From: Nitrospirota bacterium | GTDB taxonomy: Bacteria > JACPQY01 | Assembly: GCA_016180645.1 (NCBI GenBank) | Contig: JACPAV010000005.1 | Coordinates: 1 to 64,000 of the forward strand | Direction of reading: 5' to 3' | Length of the DNA: 64,000 nt | Shown here: positions 19,520 through 29,251 of the stretch, piece after piece | How positions within the stretch are numbered: the first letter of the stretch is position 1 | How the letters are laid out: every line of letters begins with the position of its first letter | Position numbers and translations under genes: made by a program | The notes under the pieces: generated by a model | Told to the model about the DNA's origin: nothing | What the model saw: only the letters and a program-made list of their open reading frames with translations | The model's database searches: none

Positions 19520-20489
19520 TCTTCCGCCGCGGCCCCCCGGTCCTCGTTTCGTACCGCTCATAGGCCCGAATGACTTCCTGCACGAGCGGATGGCGAACGA
19601 CGTCCCGGTCGCTGAACCGGATGACGCCGATCCCCGGAACTTCATGCAGCACCTCCTCGGCTTGGACAAGTCCCGAGGTCATGTCCAGGGGCAGATCGAT
19701 CTGCGTGATGTCTCCCGTAATGACGGCCTTGGAATTGTATCCGAGACGCGTGAGGAACATTTTCATCTGCTCGGGAGTTGTGTTCTGCGCTTCGTCCAGG
19801 ATGACGAAGGTGTCGTTCAGCGTCCGGCCGCGCATGAACGCCAGCGGCGCCACCTCGATCACGCCCTTTTCGACCATCCGGCGCGCCCGCTCGAACTCGA
19901 CCATGTCGTGAAGCGCGTCGTACAGCGGCCGGAGATAGGGATTCACTTTCTCCAGAATATCGCCGGGAAGGAACCCGAGCTTCTCGCCCGCCTCGATGGC
20001 CGGCCGCGTGAGCGCGATGCGATGCACTTTTCCGTTCTTCAAGAACCCCAGGGCCATCGCCATGGCGAGGTAGGTCTTCCCGGTTCCCGCGGGGCCGATG
20101 CCGATGACGATGTCGAACTGGCGGATCGCCTCCACATAGGCCTTTTGCGTGAGGCTGCGCGGCGTGATCTTGAGGCTCTGGCCGGTAAAGTACACTTCGT
20201 CCGCAAAGACTCTCTCCACCGCCTCCTGCCCGCGATCGCGATAGATGTCCACCACGCGCTCCAGATCGCCGTCCATCAGCGAGTACCCCTTGTGGAGAAG
20301 TTTCGACATTACCGCGAGCAGATCGCGCACCTCCTGAACCACCTTTTCATCGCCGGTGACGGCCAGATGGTGCCCGCGGCTGGTGACTTTGATCCCGAAG
20401 ATTTTTTCGAGGAGACGCAGGTTCTCGCTCCCCCGCCCCAGAATCATCCGGGCGGTGGCGTTGTCCGTGAGTTCGATCTCAGTCATCAT
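19479..20489 (-). CDS. phoH: PhoH-like ATPase (YbeZ)
   Basis: GPAGTGKTYLA, RPAIEAGEKLGFLPG, PLAFMRGRTL, DEAQN, GDITQIDLP. Start placed at 20489 because the upstream part is repeat-derived. Confidence 0.95.
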   Translation of the reverse strand: MMTEIELTDNATARMILGRGSENLRLLEKIFGIKVTSRGHHLAVTGDEKVVQEVRDLLAVMSKLLHKGYSLMDGDLERVVDIYRDRGQEAVERVFADEVYFTGQSLKITPRSLTQKAYVEAIRQFDIVIGIGPAGTGKTYLAMAMALGFLKNGKVHRIALTRPAIEAGEKLGFLPGDILEKVNPYLRPLYDALHDMVEFERARRMVEKGVIEVAPLAFMRGRTLNDTFVILDEAQNTTPEQMKMFLTRLGYNSKAVITGDITQIDLPLDMTSGLVQAEEVLHEVPGIGVIRFSDRDVVRHPLVQEVIRAYERYETRTGGPRRKNGRNGPAEEPPRS

Positions 20490-20493
20490 CGCT

Positions 20494-20567
20494 CGTGGTT
20501 CGACAAGCTCACCACGACGAACGGACTTCATGAAATCCTTGCGTCGTCCTGAGCCTGTCGAAGGACG
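20494..20567. repeat. Inverted pair of TTCGAC-x-AGCTCA type REP-like hairpins
   Basis: CGTGGTTCGACAAGCTCACCACG and CGTCCTGAGCCTGTCGAAGGACG; related units occur inside the element at 52885-53019. Confidence 0.7.
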
Positions 20568-20588
20568 TGTGCCTGATGGCTCCCACCG

Positions 20589-20966
20589 TCATCGCATCGG
20601 CTCGAACACGAAGAAACCTTCTTCAACGCCGCTGGCGTAGGTTTCGTAGAGATACGGCTCGCCCCAAGGAAACGTCATGTCGCCGGGTTTCACGATTCCG
20701 TCCTGGATCAACTCGTTCAGCTCCCCCGGCAGCCGGCCCTTCTCCCAATAGAAGGTGTCCACGGCATCCCTGACGTTCAGCTTCTGGAGCCCGCTCATCC
20801 ACCTCTGGATCACGTCGAAGGGTGGGGCCGAATGGCGCGGGCCGCCGGACGCCCCCACGAGCCCTCGGAGGGCAAGAAACACCACCGCCACGGCTGCGGC
20901 CCCAAGCACCAGGTGCTTCAGGACCTCAACCGAGTGCTGTGCGACCCGTCCTAATCGTTCCCGCAA
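20589..20966 (-). CDS. Small membrane-anchored protein with a T2SS GspG-like C-terminal segment (start uncertain)
   Basis: TM segment, then AVDTFYWEKGRLPGELNELIQDG...FPWGEPYLY. Confidence 0.55.
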   Translation of the reverse strand: MRERLGRVAQHSVEVLKHLVLGAAAVAVVFLALRGLVGASGGPRHSAPPFDVIQRWMSGLQKLNVRDAVDTFYWEKGRLPGELNELIQDGIVKPGDMTFPWGEPYLYETYASGVEEGFFVFEPMR

Positions 20967-22785
20967 GGTAAAATACCCAGAGAATGAATCCGATCCCGGT
21001 GAATCCCCATACGCCGTCCCACACCCAGGCCTGAAGGATCGGGGCAAAGAGCCGGTTCGGCGCAAGCCAGGCTCCCAGGATCAATGACCACATGAAAAGA
21101 CCGATCAACCCTTTGACCCATTTCCCATTCAAGAATTGTCCTCCGCCGAGGAGCAAAACGGAAGCCGCCAGCCGGACCCGTGCCGTCCGCGCCCCGTAGC
21201 GCCGGATCTCGGCGTCCTTCTCTTCCCGGCTCCGGCCTTCCACCTCCACCCGCTTTCCGTACAGAAGGTGACATTCAGGACACAGCGCGGCGCCTTCCTG
21301 CGACTCCTTGCACCACCGGCACGCCTCGCATCCGCAGCGCTTACAGGAGAACGAGAGGGACCATCCACCCAGAAACACCGCGGCCAGCAGCGAGATCGCC
21401 GCCGCTCCCGCGAAAGCGATCATGCCCTGAATCGGCGCCAGTCTCGGCGCGAACGACTCCCAAAGCGTCTGGAACCCGGCCACGCCCTGCTGAGATCCCT
21501 CCTCCCAGCCCACACGGAGAATCGTTCGCAAGGGTATCGGCTCATCGACCACGAATCGATTGGGGTTATCCGACGACTTCGCGATCAACCCCTGAACGAA
21601 CTCCCGGTCCAGCCCTCCCGCCGTGGCGATCTCCTGCTCCCCCTCCGCCGGCAGCAGGAGTTTTCGGACGAGTACTTGGGATAGGTTGTAGTGGTAGAGA
21701 GCCGCGGCGGGACTCTCTCCGATGGCGGCGCGATAGTCCGTGACGGCCGCTTTGAAATCGGAGAGGGCCACCCTGGCGCCCGCCAAGTTGTTGAGAACCA
21801 CGGCCTTCAATTCCGGATCGGCGCGATGGGGTTTCAGCACATCCGCCGCCGCCTTGAAATCCCCGCGCCGCTTGAACTCGGCCCCCAGGAGGAGAGCTTC
21901 GGTGGGAGAAAGATTTCCGCTCTTCGAAGTCCACCGCTCCTCGACCCCCCGCACGAAGGCGTGAGATCCGGTTGTGTCCCGCCACGAAGACATTTCGACG
22001 AACCGGGGCGATCCGAGTCCTGCACAGAGGACGGCCGCTCTTTCCCCGGCCCACGGGACTGCCGCCAACAGCACGGCCAAGGCCCCTGCGGCGTATCGCT
22101 CCCGCCGTTGCCCGAGAATTCCGACCAGCAAAAGCGCCGCGAGAACGGCGAATCCAGGACCCCATTGCACGAGGAAGAGAAATCCGCCCCAAAGCAGCAG
22201 CCGTATCGGAAAAGCCGGCAGGGGCACAGGCACGGCCTGGGCGATGAGATGGGCCACCGATTGAATCGGCCGGCGAAGCAGGAGTGTCAAGACGGTGAGG
22301 ATGAACAGCCCGATGGCGGTAGCCGCGAGCATTACCCCATACAGGATCCAACGCGCCACGAAGGTAGCGCTGTTGGAGGCTTGAACCAGGCCCTTGACGA
22401 CCATGAGGAGCGCCGTGACCACGTCGAACGGCTGGTGCCTCAGATGAATCGTGGCGCGGACCAACTCCACGTCCAGAAGCTGAGGAGACATCTTTCCGGC
22501 GTAGTCCAGGTACAACTGAGTCCGTTGCTGGTCGCGCTCCCTCTCCGCCTTCAGTCCCGCCCGGAGAAGGCTCTGGCTGACGGTAAAAAGATTGCGGATC
22601 CCCGAATCCGACTGCCATTGATAGATCTTGTCCAACCCCGCCTGGACTTGCTGGAGGTCCCCCAACTGCATCGCCTCCCGCCCGGCCGCCCAGGCTTCCG
22701 CGACGCGCGTATCGGGCCGGCTGTAGTCCTCCGTGCCCACGGTGCCGACCCACAGGGCCAATCCCAAGAGGTGCGCAAAACTCAT
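20926..22785 (-). CDS. TPR-containing membrane protein with a Cys-rich, zinc-finger-like segment
   Basis: Multiple TM helices; TPR LNNLAGA...YHYNLSQ; CKRCG, CRWC, CPEC. Confidence 0.75.
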   Translation of the reverse strand: MSFAHLLGLALWVGTVGTEDYSRPDTRVAEAWAAGREAMQLGDLQQVQAGLDKIYQWQSDSGIRNLFTVSQSLLRAGLKAERERDQQRTQLYLDYAGKMSPQLLDVELVRATIHLRHQPFDVVTALLMVVKGLVQASNSATFVARWILYGVMLAATAIGLFILTVLTLLLRRPIQSVAHLIAQAVPVPLPAFPIRLLLWGGFLFLVQWGPGFAVLAALLLVGILGQRRERYAAGALAVLLAAVPWAGERAAVLCAGLGSPRFVEMSSWRDTTGSHAFVRGVEERWTSKSGNLSPTEALLLGAEFKRRGDFKAAADVLKPHRADPELKAVVLNNLAGARVALSDFKAAVTDYRAAIGESPAAALYHYNLSQVLVRKLLLPAEGEQEIATAGGLDREFVQGLIAKSSDNPNRFVVDEPIPLRTILRVGWEEGSQQGVAGFQTLWESFAPRLAPIQGMIAFAGAAAISLLAAVFLGGWSLSFSCKRCGCEACRWCKESQEGAALCPECHLLYGKRVEVEGRSREEKDAEIRRYGARTARVRLAASVLLLGGGQFLNGKWVKGLIGLFMWSLILGAWLAPNRLFAPILQAWVWDGVWGFTGIGFILWVFYLAGTIRTGRTALG

Positions 22786-24206
22786 TTGGAAGCTGTTTGC
22801 AGCCGGCTTACGCCGTCCAACTGCTTCTCCACCGGCTCACCGAGCGCCTCCAGAAGAGTCGGGTAGAGATCGGCCGTGCGCATCGGTTCCGGTCTAACCT
22901 TAATGTTAAGAATGAGAGGAGTCATCATATGCTCCCGAATGAACGAGCCATGTGAGGAATGGTGCTCGGGCCATTCATAGCGGTATCGCAGGTCAGATCC
23001 CCTTCGAGCGGAAACGATCACATCACCCGTTCGCGCGGAGGAAAAAATCTGCTCCATTTGCACCAGGCCATCAGGATAGTCGGAATCGACGGTCGCGTGA
23101 AGCGCCTCTTCGTCGTCCCCAAACGCAACCTTTCCGAATTTCAGAGGATCGGCATCGACCGGCGCATACGAGATTCCCGACTTGCTCCTTCGGATTTTCG
23201 CATGGCCATCCCGGTTCAGCACTCGAACTCCCCCGCCCGCTTCTCGCAAGGCCAGAAAGTCCACCTCGTCCCGTCCGCACAGGGCGTTCAGAAATTTCCT
23301 CTGCGCCGGGGTCAGATCGTCGTAGGCGTGCGCCGGACCCCACGAATCACCTCGCCGCAGATAGAGATGGGCCATCGCATTCCCGGAAACCATCACGGCG
23401 CATTCGGCGTTCCGCCAGTGGCGGTAGATCCGGGGATAGGAAAACGTTTTCAGCCCGTGTTCCTCACAAAACGTGGTCAATTCCAAATGCCGGTTCACCG
23501 GCGTCATTCCGTGATCGCTGATGACCCCCAGGATCGACCGATCCAGTCGGCCTGATCGGTTCAATCCTTCGCAGATTCGCCCGATGAACGCATCGAATTG
23601 CCTGTAGACTCGGAGAACGCGTTCATCGACCGAATCGATATGATGGGACAGCTCGTCCACGGCCATGAAGGCCCCGAACACAAACCGTTCCCCCGCGTCC
23701 ACCGCCCGCGCGAATCGCGCCCGGGCCACGGAATCCACCGCCTCCCAGTGCTCCGTGTAGTGCGCATAGGTGAAGAGCAGCGCTTTGGAGAGCCGCCCGC
23801 GCTCATGCCCCACGCCCTTCCGGGACGAGATGGGTGAGAAGACGTTGACGCCGCCGCGCAGACGGTCGAACAGGGTTGTGGTTCCCTCCAGCAGATCCGT
23901 GTTCATGAGAAAACTCTCCCAACCGACATAGCTTCTCACCCTCCGAGAGGACCACGAACGTTCTTCGTACTCCTTCCGGTCCATCCATCGGATCCCCGGA
24001 AGATTGCAGTGACCGGGAAATCTCCCCGTGAGAAACGGCAGATAGGCCGGGCCGGTGGTGGAAGGGAAACAGGTCACCGCCTCGGTAAACGTCCCCGGCT
24101 CCACCAACCATTTCCGGATCTGCGGAAGTTGACCCTCGCTGAGAAGGCGCCGCATGACGTCCGGCCTGGCGCCATCCAGAAGGAAAAGGAAAACGCGCTC
24201 TTTCAG
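22782..24206 (-). CDS. Alkaline phosphatase superfamily protein (nucleotide pyrophosphatase/phosphodiesterase type)
   Basis: In-frame VFLFLLDGARPD upstream of the listed ATG, then FPSTT, DELSH, SDHG, SHGS. The true start is probably non-canonical (CTG 24206 or ATT 24215). Confidence 0.85.
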   Translation of the reverse strand: MKERVFLFLLDGARPDVMRRLLSEGQLPQIRKWLVEPGTFTEAVTCFPSTTGPAYLPFLTGRFPGHCNLPGIRWMDRKEYEERSWSSRRVRSYVGWESFLMNTDLLEGTTTLFDRLRGGVNVFSPISSRKGVGHERGRLSKALLFTYAHYTEHWEAVDSVARARFARAVDAGERFVFGAFMAVDELSHHIDSVDERVLRVYRQFDAFIGRICEGLNRSGRLDRSILGVISDHGMTPVNRHLELTTFCEEHGLKTFSYPRIYRHWRNAECAVMVSGNAMAHLYLRRGDSWGPAHAYDDLTPAQRKFLNALCGRDEVDFLALREAGGGVRVLNRDGHAKIRRSKSGISYAPVDADPLKFGKVAFGDDEEALHATVDSDYPDGLVQMEQIFSSARTGDVIVSARRGSDLRYRYEWPEHHSSHGSFIREHMMTPLILNIKVRPEPMRTADLYPTLLEALGEPVEKQLDGVSRLQTASK

Positions 24207-24219
24207 AGGGTTAATAGAG

Positions 24220-25455
24220 TTATGCCCCGTACTTCTTGAGCTTCATGGCATGCGCGAGCAGAAGCGGCATGAGACACTTCATCGGGATGATGCCCAGCGA
24301 GCCGCCATTGCAGGAAGTCTCCGAGAACCGGTCCAACCCGTCGCCCCCCCCCCATTTGTTCCAAACCAGGACCGGCACCGGATGCCAACTGTGGCCCTTC
24401 ATGGGGACCGGCGAGGAGTGGTCGCCGGAAATCGCCAACGCATCGAATCCGGCCCCCAGGAGGACCGGCAGCGCCTTGTCCACCTGTTCGATGGCGGCCA
24501 CCTTCTGTTCGAAGTTTCCATCCTCGCCCGCCTGGTCCGTGGCCTTCCAGTGAAAGTAGACGAACGTCTGCCGCCGATCCATCGCCAGAAGGCATTTCTG
24601 CTCTCCCTCCATGCTGGGCGGATCGACTTTCGCGACCGCCATGCCGACCAGCCGCGCCAGACCGCGGTACATGGGATAGGTGGCGATGCAGGTGGGCTCC
24701 AAGCCGAACTTCTCCTTCATCGATGGAATCTCCGGCTTCTTTGAAAATCCCCGCAGGAGCGCTCCGTTGGCTTTGGGCTCTTTCCGCAGAAGTTTCCCCA
24801 CCTCCTCGACGAATCGATTGACCGCCTTCGCAGCCTTCGCCGCCGACTTGGATCGCGCCTGAACCGCCGGGATCGGCTTTCCTTCCTTCTGCGGGTCGGC
24901 ATCCGAGAGATCCGCCGAAAGCCCCTTTCCACGGAACACCACACAAAATCGGTGCGACATCCCCGGCTCGATGATGACGCGGCAGCCGTCGATCTCCGAA
25001 ACGGCCTTCCGGATACGCGCGCACAATTCCTGCGTTTTCTCCGTGGGAATCCGACCCGCCCGGCGATCCGACACTTTGCCCGAGGGATCCACCGTGCAGA
25101 AGTTCCCGCGCGCGGCGACATCCCCCTCCGCCAGCGGCACGTCGAGTCCCACCGCCTCCAACACGCCCCGGCCAATCTGAAACTCGATGGGATCATATCC
25201 GAACAGCGCAAGATGGCCCGGACCGCTCCCGGGCGTGATCCCCGGAAGGACCGGCACGAGACGGCCCAGCGCGCTTTCTTTGGCCAACCGATCCAGCTCC
25301 GGCGTCCGGGCCGCTTCGAGCGGCGTGCGCGGAAGCTCACGGCTCCGCATGTCGCCCAGCCCATCCATCACGATGAGAAGAATTCGGCTCTCCGTTACTT
25401 GGACGAGATCGCCCAGGATGGCGGAGTAGTCCGCGGAGAACGGGTCGGCCATCAC
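24220..25455 (-). CDS. apgM: 2,3-bisphosphoglycerate-independent phosphoglycerate mutase, archaeal (ApgM) type
   Basis: MDGLGD, TPLEAARTPELD, TPGSGPGHLALFGYDP, GRGVLEAVG, DRRAGRI, GDHSSP, HSWHPVP. Confidence 0.92.
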   Translation of the reverse strand: MMADPFSADYSAILGDLVQVTESRILLIVMDGLGDMRSRELPRTPLEAARTPELDRLAKESALGRLVPVLPGITPGSGPGHLALFGYDPIEFQIGRGVLEAVGLDVPLAEGDVAARGNFCTVDPSGKVSDRRAGRIPTEKTQELCARIRKAVSEIDGCRVIIEPGMSHRFCVVFRGKGLSADLSDADPQKEGKPIPAVQARSKSAAKAAKAVNRFVEEVGKLLRKEPKANGALLRGFSKKPEIPSMKEKFGLEPTCIATYPMYRGLARLVGMAVAKVDPPSMEGEQKCLLAMDRRQTFVYFHWKATDQAGEDGNFEQKVAAIEQVDKALPVLLGAGFDALAISGDHSSPVPMKGHSWHPVPVLVWNKWGGGDGLDRFSETSCNGGSLGIIPMKCLMPLLLAHAMKLKKYGA

Positions 25456-25512
25456 GTTGGACGTGACACGTCCGCGGTCAGCATTCAGCGCCGCATGCCC
25501 CGGTGGCGCCGC

Positions 25513-26811
25513 CTACGCCAGGCTCAGGCGCAGGCCGTTGATGGTGCCGCACGAAGGACAGGCGTCTTGATACCCGGCGGGCGCCGGGCGCTTGCAGGTC
25601 TCGCAGGTGTAGGAAAGAACAAGCTGGTTTTCGGGTCCCAGGCTCTTGCGATACTCCACGCACGCCTTCTCGAAATTCTGCCGGCGATAGTGGGCTTCGC
25701 CGGAGAGCAGGTGTGCATCCAACGGCGTGTTCTGTCCGCTCTCCTCCAGTTCATGAAGCTGGTCGAGCGATTCGTCGATCAACCCAAGACGCAGGAGCAG
25801 GTTCGAGTAGAGCATCCGCACCGTCAGGGAGTCCGCGTGCTCAGCCACGGCTTTCCGGTACAGGCGGATCATCCGATTCGGTTCATGCCGCCCGATCCAA
25901 AGGTCTTCGATCGCGGGCAGGTAGAGCGGAGCGCCGGAGCGCGCGTAGCATTTTTCCAGATGCTCGGCGGCATCCTCCCCACGGTCCTGCTTTTGAAGGA
26001 TGGTCGACCACAGAAGGTGAGCCGGAACAAAATCCGAGTGGTCCGAGAACTCGCTCTTGAGGACGCGCAAGGCGCCGTCCGAGTCCCCCGCGGAATCGAG
26101 CGATTTGGCGCGCAGGAACGCCGTCTCCTTTTGCAGGGTATCCAATTCCGCCGGATTGCCCCCCATCTTGATGGCCTTCTCCACCGTTTCCAGCGCGTCC
26201 TCCCACCGTTCGGAGTTTCGATAGCACCGGGCGAGAAGCGTCCACCATTCGTGCCGGCGACCGTCCTGGCTGATGATCCGCCTTAACTCCTCCGCGGCGC
26301 TTAGATGTTCCCCGTTCTGCATCAGCACCTGGGCCAGCTTGAAGGCATAGTCGAGATTTTTCGGCTCGCGCGCCACCAGCGCCGCTATTCTCTTCTTCGC
26401 GCCGGCCGTGTCTCCGAGTTTGAGAAAGGCCTCCACCTCCGCCACCCGCGCGGGGGCATAGTCGGGAAAAACGTCCAGCGACTGCGCAAACTGCTCCCGG
26501 GCCACGGCCACGTCGCCCATGAGGAGACGCATCATGCCCTTCCGGTAGAACTCGTCGGCCACGGCCTTCTTCCGATCCGTCTTGCGGGCCGACCATCGCC
26601 GCATCGCCCTTCGACCGCGGTTGATCGAAGAGGTGACGCCGGCCAGGATCGCTCCTCCCAAGGCCGCCAGAAAAACCAGAACGCCCAGCGGCATGGCCGT
26701 TCCCTCCACGCCCTGCCGCAAAACGACGACGATCTCGTCCTTAAACCAGTCGTTCAGCCAGTAGAGATAGGCGGAGCCTCCGAGCAGGAGAACGAGAAAG
26801 ACAAACCACAT
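25513..26811 (-). CDS. LapA/LapB-like lipopolysaccharide assembly protein
   Basis: Two N-terminal TMs (LapA-like), TPR array, C-terminal rubredoxin-like YTCETC...CPSCG. Confidence 0.75.
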   Translation of the reverse strand: MWFVFLVLLLGGSAYLYWLNDWFKDEIVVVLRQGVEGTAMPLGVLVFLAALGGAILAGVTSSINRGRRAMRRWSARKTDRKKAVADEFYRKGMMRLLMGDVAVAREQFAQSLDVFPDYAPARVAEVEAFLKLGDTAGAKKRIAALVAREPKNLDYAFKLAQVLMQNGEHLSAAEELRRIISQDGRRHEWWTLLARCYRNSERWEDALETVEKAIKMGGNPAELDTLQKETAFLRAKSLDSAGDSDGALRVLKSEFSDHSDFVPAHLLWSTILQKQDRGEDAAEHLEKCYARSGAPLYLPAIEDLWIGRHEPNRMIRLYRKAVAEHADSLTVRMLYSNLLLRLGLIDESLDQLHELEESGQNTPLDAHLLSGEAHYRRQNFEKACVEYRKSLGPENQLVLSYTCETCKRPAPAGYQDACPSCGTINGLRLSLA

Positions 26812-26839
26812 GGCCGATGAAAAGAAAGGGGCTCGCTCG

Positions 26840-27307
26840 CTAGGATCGGGAGTCTAACGGAGCGACCGGGATGGGGCCCGACGATTGTTGTTTCATGGTC
26901 AATCGCGGCGCATTATACCACAGCCCTTCAATATCATAGTACTCTCGCACCGATCCGTGAAAGAGGTGAACCACCACGTCCGACCAATCGATCAGCGCCC
27001 ACTGCGTCGATCGAAGGCCCTCGCATCCGAGCGGGCGGACGCCTTCCTCCCGAAGTCGCTGCAACAGCCCCTCGGCCATGGCGGAAATGTGCCGGTCGGA
27101 AGACCCGCTCGCCACCACAATGTAGTCCGTATAGGAGCAGAGGGCACGCACGTCCAGGACGACGATATTCTGGGCCTGTTTCTCCTCCAGGCAATCCACG
27201 CAGCGCCGGAGAAGGGCATCCGGAGTGAGGTGGCCGTTTCGGATCCCGGTCTTGGGAGATCCAAGATGGGAAGCGGCCTCGGCCGTGCCCGCGTGCGGGT
27301 GGGTCAA
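26840..27307 (-). CDS. rsfS: Ribosome silencing factor
   Basis: EEKQAQNIVVLDV, TDYIVVASGSS, WALIDWSDVVVHLF, REYYDIEGLW; follows nadD. Start uncertain (TTG 27307). Confidence 0.92.
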   Translation of the reverse strand: MTHPHAGTAEAASHLGSPKTGIRNGHLTPDALLRRCVDCLEEKQAQNIVVLDVRALCSYTDYIVVASGSSDRHISAMAEGLLQRLREEGVRPLGCEGLRSTQWALIDWSDVVVHLFHGSVREYYDIEGLWYNAPRLTMKQQSSGPIPVAPLDSRS

Positions 27308-27314
27308 CCCCGAA

Positions 27315-27965
27315 CTAGCGATAAAGACGATGCTCCTGAATGTAGCGTTCGACGGCGGGGGGAGTGAGAAACCGGATCGATCGGCCTTCCTTGACCGCTT
27401 GACGCACCGCGCTGGCCGAAACATCGAAAGGCGTCACTCTGACCAGCGCAAGCGTCTTGTTCGCCTTGTTCCTGTACACGCCTTTCGCAGCATCATACCC
27501 GTAGAGGCGCCGAACTTCAAGCGGGATCCACGATGCCCCCTTCCGCTCTTTCCGGCCGGGACGCTCCATGACCACGATATCGCAGTCGTCGAGGACCTCG
27601 CGGAATCTTTTCCACGTCCCGATTTCAGCGAAGCTGTCCACTCCGAGAATGAGGAACAGCCGTGCGCCGACACGCGAGGCCTGGAGCTGCCTCAACGTCT
27701 CGACGGTGAACGAAGGGCCTCCGCGCCTTCCTTCGATGTCCGACACCTGGATAACGGCGTTTCGACCCAAAGCCAGCCGAAGCATGGACAGCCTGTGATT
27801 GAATGGAGCCGGGTGGCGATCCGACTTGTGGGGAGGCCGGCGATTGGGAATGATGAACACCTTGTCGAACCGCATCCGGTCCTGGACCTCCTGGATCGAG
27901 CGGAGGTGGCCGAAGTGAACGGGATCGAAGGTGCCGCCGAAGACGGCGATCCGAAGGGGCTTCAA
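27315..27965 (-). CDS. nadD: Nicotinate-nucleotide adenylyltransferase
   Basis: FGGTFDPVHFGH, PPHK, SFTVETL, ILGVDS, VSASAVR. Confidence 0.95.
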   Translation of the reverse strand: MKPLRIAVFGGTFDPVHFGHLRSIQEVQDRMRFDKVFIIPNRRPPHKSDRHPAPFNHRLSMLRLALGRNAVIQVSDIEGRRGGPSFTVETLRQLQASRVGARLFLILGVDSFAEIGTWKRFREVLDDCDIVVMERPGRKERKGASWIPLEVRRLYGYDAAKGVYRNKANKTLALVRVTPFDVSASAVRQAVKEGRSIRFLTPPAVERYIQEHRLYR

Positions 27966-27972
27966 GCTTCGC

Positions 27973-29235
27973 CTACGTGCGGATCTGGCCGTTCCCGTAG
28001 ACCACGAACTTCTGCGTGGTGAGACCCTGGAGCCCCATGGGGCCGTAGGCATGGATCTTGGACGTGCTGATCCCCACCTCCGCCCCCAGGCCGAGTTCGT
28101 ACCCGTCGCTGAATCGCGTGGAAGCGTTCACCACCACGGTGGAGGACTCCACCTCCCGGACGAACCGTTCGGCGCGCGCGTAGTCTCTCGTCACGATGCT
28201 CTCCGTGTGGAGCGATCCGTACTTCCGGATGTGCGCCATCGCTTCGTCCAGTCCGTCCACCACCCGCACGGCGAGAATCAGGCCGAGGTATTCCTCATAC
28301 CAGTCGGCCTCCACGGCGGCCTTCGCCGCCGGCAGGATCGCCTGCGTCCTCGGGCATCCTCGAATCTCCACGCCCTGCGCCGCCAGTGCCGCACCCGCAT
28401 CTCTCAGAAAGGGCACAGCGACTTCCTCATGCACCAACAGCGTTTCCATTGCATTGCATACGGCGGGGCGCTGGACTTTGGCATTCAGGCAGATCTCACG
28501 CGCCATCGCGAGATCTGCGAATTCATCCACGTAGACATGGCAAACGCCCTTGTAGTGCTTCACCACCGGAATCCGCGACTTCTCCGCCACGCTCCGGATG
28601 AGCGCCTCGCCGCCGCGCGGTACAATCAAATCGATGTACTGCTCGAGCTTCAGCAATTCGTCCACGAACGCGTGGTCCGTCTCCCCCACCAGCTGAATTC
28701 CATTCTCAGGAAGATCCACTCGCCGAAGTTCCTCCCTCATCAACTCCGCGATGAAACGGTTTGAACGGAGGGCCTCCGAGCCGCCCCGCAGCACGACGGC
28801 GTTTCCGGACTTCACGCACAGCCCGGCGGCATCCGACGTTACGTTCGGCCGTGCCTCGTAAATAATCCCGACCACCCCCAGGGGGATGCGCATCCGTCCC
28901 ACGCGCAGACCGTTCGGCCTCACCCACATGCCGGAAATCTCGCCGACCGGATCCGGGAGGGCCGCAATCTCACGAAGACTGGCCGCCATCCCCATGACCC
29001 GTCTGGGGTCCAGCGTCAGCCGGTCCACCAGGGCCGCTGCCGTCCCCGCGCGGCGGGCCGCGGAAACGTCGTCGCCATTGGCTTGCAAGAGCGCATCCTG
29101 GGAGCCGCCCAAACGATCGGCAACCGCCGTCAAGAAACGATTCTTCACGCTCACCCCCGCACGGGCCATGCCCGCGGCCGCCTCCCGCGCCTTCGAACCG
29201 ATTTCCCTCGCCAATATGGAAAAATCCCGCGCCAT
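27973..29235 (-). CDS. proA: Gamma-glutamyl phosphate reductase
   Basis: PLGVVGIIYEARPNVT, KSGNAVVLRGG, CNAMETLL, VNASTRFSDG, GISTSKIHAYGPMGL. Confidence 0.97.
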   Translation of the reverse strand: MARDFSILAREIGSKAREAAAGMARAGVSVKNRFLTAVADRLGGSQDALLQANGDDVSAARRAGTAAALVDRLTLDPRRVMGMAASLREIAALPDPVGEISGMWVRPNGLRVGRMRIPLGVVGIIYEARPNVTSDAAGLCVKSGNAVVLRGGSEALRSNRFIAELMREELRRVDLPENGIQLVGETDHAFVDELLKLEQYIDLIVPRGGEALIRSVAEKSRIPVVKHYKGVCHVYVDEFADLAMAREICLNAKVQRPAVCNAMETLLVHEEVAVPFLRDAGAALAAQGVEIRGCPRTQAILPAAKAAVEADWYEEYLGLILAVRVVDGLDEAMAHIRKYGSLHTESIVTRDYARAERFVREVESSTVVVNASTRFSDGYELGLGAEVGISTSKIHAYGPMGLQGLTTQKFVVYGNGQIRT

Positions 29236-29251
29236 CCGGCGATGGTAACAG

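Noticed and set aside
27230-27314. Possible tRNA or ncRNA between nadD and rsfS
   Set aside because: Only a short hairpin; no cloverleaf or T-loop motif; probably the rsfS 5' region.
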